Program-made: the position numbers and the translations under genes
Notes under the pieces: model-generated
Told to the model about the DNA's origin: nothing
The model's database searches: none
The model's input: only the letters and a program-made list of their open reading frames with translations
Shown: positions 18,087 through 26,400 of the stretch, piece by piece
Position numbering within the stretch: the stretch's first letter is position 1
Layout: the number at the start of each line of letters is the position of its first letter
Virus record (IMG/VR): IMGVR_UViG_3300036978_000319
Location: 1-64,000 of that record
Source: a virus
DNA: 64,000 bases
Direction: 5' to 3' (one strand)

Positions 18087-19326
18087 TACTACAAGACATC
18101 CTACCACATCTCAAAGAAGCCCTACATACCAATCAGTTCCTGGAGGGTGGCGCCATTCTTGGTGCCTTGGCTGCTATTGCTCATGGGATAAAGAGTCTGA
18201 TCGTCTTCCTGGTCAATCGTGTTATGCGGGTCATCACCTATCATTCGGTCTTCCAGGAGCACTCATTTACCTTCAATGCAGTCTCTCACATGATTGCAAC
18301 TAAATATAGCGATAAGCCAAGGAGTGTTGAGGTGCAAAGCAGGAAGAGCGATAAGGGCCGCTACAATACGATGATGCCGGTTGATGATTCATTTGTCATT
18401 TGGCATGGCATAGTGCCAATCATAGTGCAGTCGAGCACTCGCCAGATGGAGAATGCTGGCTCTGATGGCAAGCCACTCCACCGGACAATCTCACTTACCA
18501 CATGGTTTTTTAGAGCTCGTCTACATGCCTTAGTTGAGGATGCAGCCAATGCATGGCAACTCTCATGTGATGCAGAGGATTTGGGTTGGATTTGGATCTC
18601 AAACGATCGAGGCTGGACGAGAGCGAGCACAGTGCCTAATCGGCCTATCTCAACCGTCATTGGGCCTGCGGCTACTAAAGCATATTCGGACCTATACGAG
18701 TTTATTCAACAGCGTGAGTGGTATGGGAAGAAGGGATTGGCCTATAAGCGTGGCTATCTCCTTTGGGGACCACCTGGCACTGGTAAGACCAGTCTCTGTA
18801 AGGCCTTGGCTAGTGAGTTTGGTCTTGACATTTGTGTACTCAACCTGGCCTCTCTAACTGATGAAAGCGCAGTGAGTGTTATGAGTGAACTGGGTCAGAT
18901 TGGTAGCCAAAGGCCTAAGATCCTTTTAATCGAAGATATTGACTCCTATGTTGATGGTCGGACTGTCAAGAAGAAGGACTTGCGCTTCTCAACACTGCTT
19001 AATATCTTTGATGGGATCAGTTCTCAAGATGGCACCATTCTCATCATCACCACCAATCACTACCAAAACTTGGACCCTGCTCTGATTAGGCCGGGTCGTG
19101 TAGACCTGCAATTGGAGGTTGGTCTGCCGGAATCAGCCGAGATCAAAGCCTATTTAGAACTATTTTATGGCCATCCAATTGAGGGGGTTGATTTTAGTGG
19201 AGTCTCAATGTCAATGGTACAAGAGACGTGTGTCAGCAATAAACATAACGCAACCGAATGCATACAATCACTTAAAGAGCACTGCAATCAAAAGAGCTAA
19301 GCAGAGTGACTCTCCATTTGAATGAT
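18045..19326 (+). repeat. 43-bp imperfect direct repeats flanking the BCS1-like ATPase gene
   Basis: 18045-18087 vs 19284-19326, sharing an identical 20-nt core GCTAAGCAGAGTGACTCTCC. Confidence 0.85.
18083..19300 (+). CDS. BCS1-like AAA ATPase with N-terminal TM
   Basis: YKRGYLLWGPPGTGKTS, LLIEDID, LLNIFDG, TTNH, LDPALIRPGRVD. Confidence 0.88.
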   Translation: MILQDILPHLKEALHTNQFLEGGAILGALAAIAHGIKSLIVFLVNRVMRVITYHSVFQEHSFTFNAVSHMIATKYSDKPRSVEVQSRKSDKGRYNTMMPVDDSFVIWHGIVPIIVQSSTRQMENAGSDGKPLHRTISLTTWFFRARLHALVEDAANAWQLSCDAEDLGWIWISNDRGWTRASTVPNRPISTVIGPAATKAYSDLYEFIQQREWYGKKGLAYKRGYLLWGPPGTGKTSLCKALASEFGLDICVLNLASLTDESAVSVMSELGQIGSQRPKILLIEDIDSYVDGRTVKKKDLRFSTLLNIFDGISSQDGTILIITTNHYQNLDPALIRPGRVDLQLEVGLPESAEIKAYLELFYGHPIEGVDFSGVSMSMVQETCVSNKHNATECIQSLKEHCNQKS

Positions 19327-19386
19327 TTAACAATTCCTTAACATTGAGGCGGTACTGGTTAGAAAATTTTAGTTATATTTAACTAT
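19324..19386 (+). promoter_or_regulatory. tripartite early promoter-like element, copy 5
   Basis: Core at 19324, GGTAC at 19351, TATATTTA at 19374. Confidence 0.85.
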
Positions 19387-19408
19387 CAACAAACTAAACC
19401 ATACCACC

Positions 19409-19912
19409 ATGAATGTAACACTTCTTAAAATCAAGGAAATTATACGCGAGAACAAAGGCTCATCTTATGCGAGTCAATTTGAAATGATCTCCTATCTTAT
19501 TGAGCTTGATAAAGATAGTCCTACCAACCGATTTACGCTTGCCGATGACATTCATCCATACCACAGTTTCTCAACCAATACTCGCATTGCAGCTTATGTA
19601 GGCGGGTTTCTGACTAATGCAGAGATCTGTGGACAAGGTGATCCCTATAATCCGCTGTACCGCATCTATGAACTTGCCACTCGTGTTCGGCTATTCTCTG
19701 CCCTCCATTCAGGTGGGGTTATCCTGGAGCAGCTAGTTAACCTGGATCATAGGGATGCTCCTGACTATGTGGATGCCTATTTTATGAAGGGAAAGTTTGT
19801 ATTGGAGCCTGGGTTAACTCGCACACTATTAGAGGAAGAGTTGGAGTTTATTCATCGTGAGGCACCAGAACTCATCAATATGTGGGTTAACGAATCTGTC
19901 GTTGCAGCATGA
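19409..19912 (+). CDS. hypothetical protein
   Basis: 167 aa after promoter and AC-rich leader. Confidence 0.7.
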   Translation: MNVTLLKIKEIIRENKGSSYASQFEMISYLIELDKDSPTNRFTLADDIHPYHSFSTNTRIAAYVGGFLTNAEICGQGDPYNPLYRIYELATRVRLFSALHSGGVILEQLVNLDHRDAPDYVDAYFMKGKFVLEPGLTRTLLEEELEFIHREAPELINMWVNESVVAA

Positions 19913-20259
19913 TCACACGAGAAACCCTAGGAGAAATTCCACTGCATAAGAGTCTTCTTCACCCAAGTATCCTAGCCCTGCCAACTGGGAGATGGGCCGT
20001 TTATCCAGGAGGAGGTTGGTATCTTATTTCATGTGATGTGACAGTTGGTGACATAGAGTCAAGATGGAATAGGTGGCAGCCTAGCGAGAGTGCTGGGCCA
20101 AAGGTAAAGGACGGTAAGACCTGGCAGGTGCTTGGTAGTAAGGGATCTTCTTATCAGGTGAGTGTAAGCTCCAATAGGTGGAGTTGCACGTGTGCTGGCT
20201 TTGGCTTTAGACGAAAGTGTACTCATATAGATAGGATTAAATTAGAGATCTCTAAATGA
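19909..20259 (+). CDS. SWIM zinc-finger protein
   Basis: GSKGSSYQV...WSCTCAGF...CTH (CxC-xn-CxH). Confidence 0.8.
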   Translation: MITRETLGEIPLHKSLLHPSILALPTGRWAVYPGGGWYLISCDVTVGDIESRWNRWQPSESAGPKVKDGKTWQVLGSKGSSYQVSVSSNRWSCTCAGFGFRRKCTHIDRIKLEISK

Positions 20260-20435
20260 ACCTTTACATAGAGTATCTTACTTGGCTTTGTGAGAGTGGA
20301 GAAATGTGGGACGCTGTTTGTGATAGTATAGCTTTAGTCATGGACGCAATTAAGGCGGGTGGGATTATCTCCTACAATAGCATAATGTTAAACAATGAGT
20401 TTGGTGACACTGAGTGATGTTGTGCCTACCTGAAT

Positions 20436-20498
20436 GATTTAACAATTCCTTAACATTGATGCGGTACTGGTTAAGAAATTTTGGTTATATTTACTGGT
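20436..20498 (+). promoter_or_regulatory. tripartite early promoter-like element, copy 6
   Basis: Core at 20436, GGTAC at 20463, TATATTTA at 20486. Confidence 0.85.
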
Positions 20499-20517
20499 AA
20501 CCATCAAACAAACCATT

Positions 20518-20856
20518 ATGACAAACAAAGAGATTAAACAGGCACTTCTCATACCAGGTACACAATTCACAGTTGACCGTACTGCAACTAGCCACGGAGG
20601 AAAAAGCATTTTTGAAATGAGCAGGTACACTGAAGACCGAATGCGGCCGGGTGATGGCATGAGTGTTGATGATAAGAGCAGGTACTGCTCAAATGCCAAT
20701 GTTGACAAGATCACTGCATCGTCAATTAGCTTTTATATGTACTCGCCATTTGGTACTTGCCTGATAGACAAGATTAAGTTTTCAGAGATTGAGATTATTA
20801 GAGTAGGCAAAGTAAATCCTATACCAACAGACATTCAACTATCAACAAACCAATAA
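20518..20856 (+). CDS. hypothetical protein
   Basis: 112 aa after promoter and AC-rich leader. Confidence 0.7.
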   Translation: MTNKEIKQALLIPGTQFTVDRTATSHGGKSIFEMSRYTEDRMRPGDGMSVDDKSRYCSNANVDKITASSISFYMYSPFGTCLIDKIKFSEIEIIRVGKVNPIPTDIQLSTNQ

Positions 20857-20858
20857 AC

Positions 20859-22169
20859 ATGATTGCACAAGAACACTCTGAAGGCCTAAGCCGCCTGGCT
20901 GCATTCACTTCCATAATGGCAGGATCAAGTTCCAGCCTTAAGAAAAAGCAGATCCTTTTAGATCACTCTAGGGATGCCTTTATTATTAAGGCAATGGAAT
21001 ATACATACAATCCATATAAGAAGTTTGGAGTTCATAAAAAGACGGCCGATAAGAATCCTAGCCTATCAATTGATCTCTATTCAGATCTGTGGGGTATGTT
21101 GGACGATCTAAATGAACGCCGCATTACTGGTCACGATGCCATTGCAGCCGTCAATGGTTTCACCGCTCAACTGGGTTCAGCCGAAAGAGATATGGTCTTT
21201 GCTATCCTGGATGGTGATCTAAAGATGAGAGCATCAGGAACCCTAATCAATGATGTTATTCCAGGTACAATCCCTTCGTTTTCGGTTGCACTAGCTCAAA
21301 AGTATGAGCCTAAATATGCTGATTTTGAACGTGAGGTATTTTACGGTTCGCGAAAGCTAGACGGCGTAAGGTGCATTTGCCGAAAGGAAGGCAATAGTGT
21401 TACCTTCTATTCTCGTGCTGGGCATGAGTTCATGACACTTAGCAGAGCTGCTGATGAAGTGCGCAAGATCCCTGGCAACTTTGTTTTGGACGGCGAGGTT
21501 TGCCTAGTTGATAAGAACGGCACTGAGGATTTTCAGGGTGTTATGAAGCAGATTAAAAAGAAGGACTTCACAATGCCTAATCCAATGTATCTTCTCTTTG
21601 ATATGCTAACTCTTGACGAGTTTGACTCTGAAGGCATTCTTTGTGAAACACCTCTCTCTGATAGACTTAATCGTATCACAGAGGCTCTAAACTCGCCTGG
21701 GGTAAACGGTGGCATTCTTAAGAAGGTTAACCAGGTTCAAATGAACGATGAAACCTTTGGTGAACTAACTGCACAAGCCGCAAGTTTAGGATGGGAAGGC
21801 ATTATGATTCGTCGTGATGTAGCCTATGTAGGTAAGAGAAGCTCTGATCTATTAAAAGTTAAAAAGTTCTATGACGATGAATATATTGTCCTAGAGGCTC
21901 ATATGGGCCCTATTCGCTGGGTTGAGGGTGGTGTTGAAGTTGAACGAGACTGCTTAAGTTATGTTGTAATAGAGCATAAGGGTCACCGGGTTAGAGTAGG
22001 TTCAGGTTTTTCCAAAGAGCAGCGTGACAACTACTATAAGAACCCTGCCAACATCATAGGTAAGACTGTGTGTGTAAAGTACTTTGAAGAGACCCACAAT
22101 CAGTTAGGCGGTATTAGTCTTAGGTTCCCAACCATTAAGCATATCTATGAGGGATCGCGGGATGTTTAG
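20859..22169 (+). CDS. ATP-dependent DNA ligase
   Basis: KLDGVR, VLDGEV, LFD, EGIMIR, KVK, VGSGFS, SLRFP motifs. Confidence 0.95.
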   Translation: MIAQEHSEGLSRLAAFTSIMAGSSSSLKKKQILLDHSRDAFIIKAMEYTYNPYKKFGVHKKTADKNPSLSIDLYSDLWGMLDDLNERRITGHDAIAAVNGFTAQLGSAERDMVFAILDGDLKMRASGTLINDVIPGTIPSFSVALAQKYEPKYADFEREVFYGSRKLDGVRCICRKEGNSVTFYSRAGHEFMTLSRAADEVRKIPGNFVLDGEVCLVDKNGTEDFQGVMKQIKKKDFTMPNPMYLLFDMLTLDEFDSEGILCETPLSDRLNRITEALNSPGVNGGILKKVNQVQMNDETFGELTAQAASLGWEGIMIRRDVAYVGKRSSDLLKVKKFYDDEYIVLEAHMGPIRWVEGGVEVERDCLSYVVIEHKGHRVRVGSGFSKEQRDNYYKNPANIIGKTVCVKYFEETHNQLGGISLRFPTIKHIYEGSRDV

Positions 22170-22356
22170 AAGCGCCAGTGCACGCATTGAACATGGTGCG
22201 CTAGGGCTAAAACAGAATCTCTTCCTGGAGTGTCATATCCTACTCTCATATCATGAAAGAGTTCAAGAACGCGGAAGATTCTCAAGATACTTTGGTCAGC
22301 GGATCACGTCTATCGTAATTAGAGTCAGTGACGCAATATATAGTGAGATGGCATGA
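22162..22356 (+). CDS. hypothetical protein
   Basis: Fills the gap between ligase and deaminase with overlaps; start uncertain. Confidence 0.4.
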   Translation: MFRSASARIEHGALGLKQNLFLECHILLSYHERVQERGRFSRYFGQRITSIVIRVSDAIYSEMA

Positions 22357-22790
22357 ATGAAGGTTTTTTTATAAGAGTCCTGGCCGAGCTTAAACGCGAG
22401 TCTAAGTGTGTCTCTCGGCAGGTGTCTGCTCTGATTGTCAAGGACGGTCGCATTATTTCAACTGGCTACAACGGTACTCTTAAGGGAGCTCCTAACTGCT
22501 GTGATGTTCATAACCCAGATTCATTTGACCGCGAGGAGCATCATGCATGGTCTCTTATGAATGAGATCCATGCCGAGCAGAATGCAATTGCAGTTGCCGC
22601 TAAGACAGGAATAGGCCTAGGAGGGTGCGTATGTTATTGCAGCCTACAACCGTGTAACACGTGTCTCTTGCTTCTTATCCAGGCTGGAATTAGGGAGATT
22701 GTCTATGTTGATGCATATGATAAGTGCAATTGGTCACCTGGTCTTATGCGCACAGTTAGAGATCTTGGCATAGTCATTAGACAAGTTTAA
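22353..22790 (+). CDS. dCMP deaminase
   Basis: STGYNG, HAEQNAI, PCxxC. Confidence 0.93.
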   Translation: MNEGFFIRVLAELKRESKCVSRQVSALIVKDGRIISTGYNGTLKGAPNCCDVHNPDSFDREEHHAWSLMNEIHAEQNAIAVAAKTGIGLGGCVCYCSLQPCNTCLLLLIQAGIREIVYVDAYDKCNWSPGLMRTVRDLGIVIRQV

Positions 22791-22839
22791 CACAGTGTTA
22801 GTTATTAGACCTGGCGATATATAGCAAAAAGCAGGTCCA

Positions 22840-23418
22840 ATGATCATAGAGGCTCTTACATTTAAGTTAGCTCTCGACTTTACAAAATACTTACGTAAGA
22901 ATCGTATCTACCTGGCCGATGTCAAGCTAGACTTTTTTGACCGGTCAAGACATGAATATAGTGACTTCCTAGATTTGGCTGCCATGCAGGCATACTATGA
23001 TCAAAACTATGTTCCTCTTGACAACTGCCTGTTAGGCTCTCTTGTTGGCATTCAGTTCTTTAGGTCAACAAGTGATACCTATGATTTCCCAACTTCATAT
23101 AAGGCTGTTGACGTTTTAGGCAATGTGACAGTAAGCCCAGGCGCAGGCTTTGACCTACAGCGGAACGATCAGCGGACAGTCCTAAAGGATAGACAGCTTA
23201 CACTCCTACGTAACACAATTGGAGAGTACCTTAAGTTCTATAATGAGCTTAAATTCATCTATGTGACTGGTATATATTCACCCTGCTATGCAGAACCAGG
23301 TTGGTCAGAGAATACATGGTGGCTTAGGTCATTGAGAGAAACCCTAGTTAGCAGTAATAATCAGTCAAGCTTCCCGTATACAAACACCGTTGTACAGACA
23401 AAACCACCAGTCTCCTAA
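22840..23418 (+). CDS. hypothetical late protein
   Basis: 192 aa preceded by GATATATA. Confidence 0.7.
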   Translation: MIIEALTFKLALDFTKYLRKNRIYLADVKLDFFDRSRHEYSDFLDLAAMQAYYDQNYVPLDNCLLGSLVGIQFFRSTSDTYDFPTSYKAVDVLGNVTVSPGAGFDLQRNDQRTVLKDRQLTLLRNTIGEYLKFYNELKFIYVTGIYSPCYAEPGWSENTWWLRSLRETLVSSNNQSSFPYTNTVVQTKPPVS

Positions 23419-23461
23419 TATATAAACCAAGGTCACGAACCAAAAAGATAAGATATGTGTA

Positions 23462-26400
23462 ATGTTTAACCTTAGAGAATACATCCTATTTAGATTAGAG
23501 GAAAAGAGAGAGCTCTTTAACGGTGAAGTTGACACTAATTTTAGGATGGTGTCAAACCCATGGGTTGCACGCCGAGTCTATGAAGAGGGTAACATTGTCT
23601 ATCACCCGGTTGAGGTTGAGCCAATAACAGGTACCAATACAGGACCGCCTGAACAGCATCTTGCCTGGTGGAGAGCGAATAAGAGAACTACACAAGGTGT
23701 ATTCCTATTAGGTGAATGGGATCTCATTGGAGGCATTGGGACAGGCGACATTACTGTTCAAGGCGCCGATTCATTTGGCAAGTTCCTAGTCAATAGCACG
23801 GTCCCGGCTGTTTTTAATAGCGGATCGGATGCCCTAATAGAGGCACAAAACCCAAACGACACTCTTAAACTTGTGGCAGGCACTGGTGTTGCACTGCTAC
23901 ATGACGTCTCAACAAATAGCATTAGGATTGACAATCTAGGCGCACAAGGCGAGGTTAATCATGGCATTAACATTGGTCTGGGTCCACACGAAGATGTGTA
24001 TGCCGGACTAAGTGGCACTAATCTAAGATTTAAGGGATTCACTGCAGCAAACAGCGGTGGTACTATTCTAACAGTAAGTACGACTGGGCTAGACAACATT
24101 GAGTATGCTCTAAATGAGGGAGCCATTGACCTGGCTGCTCTTAATGGAGGCAGTCCTACTATGGATCTCCTAAGTGATGTTAGCTACACCGGACTAGCAA
24201 ACGGAGACCTACTTCAATGGTCAACAGGTCTGGGTACATGGGTGCCTATTGCAAGTGGTTCGGTTGGCAGCAGTCTGTTTGACCAGGACAGTGGAGTAGG
24301 TTCAACTCATAGGATAGGAACCAATCCTCCGGCAGTAGGCAACTATTCAACAATCAGCGGTGGGCAGAATAATCAAACTATTGGTAATTGGTCAACGGTG
24401 AGTGGTGGACAATATAATACCGCATCAGGCGATCGTTCAACTGTAGGTGGAGGTGTAAATAATACTGCGTCAAGCTGTTGTTCAACCGTAGGCGGGGGCA
24501 GATGTAATGTTGCGTTAGGTGATCGTTCAACCATAGGGGGTGGCAGTGGTAATACCGTATCAGATTGTTATTCGGTCATAGGTGGAGGTGTAAATAATAC
24601 TGCATCGTGTGGTGGTTCAACGGTAAGCGGAGGTAGCACTAACGATGCATTAGGTTGTCTTTCGGTTATAGGTGGTGGTGCATGTAATACTGCACTATGT
24701 GATTTTTCGGTCATAGGCGGGGGCTTCTGTAATACTTCGGTAGGCAATTGTTCAACCGTAAGTGGAGGAGCAATTAATATAGCATCATGCCTTTTGTCGA
24801 CAGTAGGTGGGGGCTTCAGTAATACTTCAGCAGGAGATTTTTCAACTGTAGGCGGGGGCAGATCTAATATAGCATCAGGCAGTTGCTCAACAGTAGGCGG
24901 TGGTTTGTGTAACACTGCATTAGGCTGTCAATCAACCGTAGGTGGTGGCAGACTTAATACTACATTGGGCTTAAGCGCAACGGTAGGTGGCGGGACTGCC
25001 AATGTGGCATCATGCACTTACTCAACGGTAGGGGGTGGTTTTTGTAGTATATCGACAGAGTGTTTTTCAACTGTGGGGGGTGGTGTGTTTAATACATCAT
25101 CAGGCTGTACTTCAACTGTTGGGGGTGGTGTGTGCAACACAGCATCATGTGCTGGTTCAACTGTGAGTGGTGGTAAAAATAGTTTAGCATCAGGTAATTG
25201 TTCAACTGTAGGTGGTGGTCTGTTTAACACTGCATCAGGTGATCGTTCAGCTGTAGGTGGTGGCACTTTAAATACTGCATCATGTGTTTTTTCAACCGTA
25301 GGTGGTGGCAACAGTAATGCTGCAGTAGATTATTCAACCGTAAGTGGCGGCAGTAGCAATACTGCATCATGTAGTTTTTCAACTGTTGGTGGTGGCGGAT
25401 GTAATACATCATTATGTTGTTTTTCAACAATAGGTGGTGGTTTACGCAATACATCGTCAGGCATTCTGTCATCGGTAGGTGGAGGGTTTTGTAATACAGT
25501 GTTAGGTTGTGTTTCAACGGTAGGTGGTGGTGTGTGTAATACTTCAGTAGGGTGTGCTTCGACAATAGGTGGTGGTTTTCTTAATATAGCATCAGGCTGT
25601 TTTTCAACTGTAGGTGGAGGCTTCTGTAATACCGCATCAGGCTGTCAGTCAACTGTAGGTGGGGGCTTCTGTAATACTTCGGTAGCCAATTATTCAACTG
25701 TAGGTGGGGGCGTACTTAATATAGCATTATGTAATTATTCAACAGTGGGTGGGGGCGAATGTAATAGCGCATTAGGCAATTGTTCAACTGTAGGCGGTGG
25801 CACTGTTAATACTGCATTAGGCTGTCAGTCAACAGTAGGTGGTGGTGCATGTAATACTTCAATAGGCTGTCAGTCAACAGTAGGCGGTGGCTTATGTAAT
25901 ACTTCAGTATGCTTACGCTCAACGGTAAGTGGCGGTTTTTGCAACACCGCATGCGGGGATTTTTCAACAGTAGGTAGTGGCGCATGTAATGACGCATTAG
26001 GTTGTTTGTCAACGGTAGGCGGTGGTTTATGTAATATAGCATCAGGCATTGGTTCAACCGTAGGCGGTGGTGCATGTAATACTGCATTGAGTGATCGCTC
26101 AACCATAAGCGGTGGTGCATGTAATACTGCATCAGAGTGTGGTTCCTTTATTGGTGGAGGGACGGTTAACCTGGCATCTGGGCTATGCGCAGTTATCGGT
26201 GGAGGTTCCACTAACACTGCATGCGGAGGATGTTCAACGGTAAGCGGCGGTTGCGCAAATGATGCAATAGGGGTGCTAGCCACTATAAGCGGTGGTTGTG
26301 CAAATACCGCATTAGGTAGTCGTTCAATTGTAGGTGGTGGTGAACTAAATATAGCATGCTGCAATTATTCAACTGTAAGCGGGGGCCGATGTAACACTGC

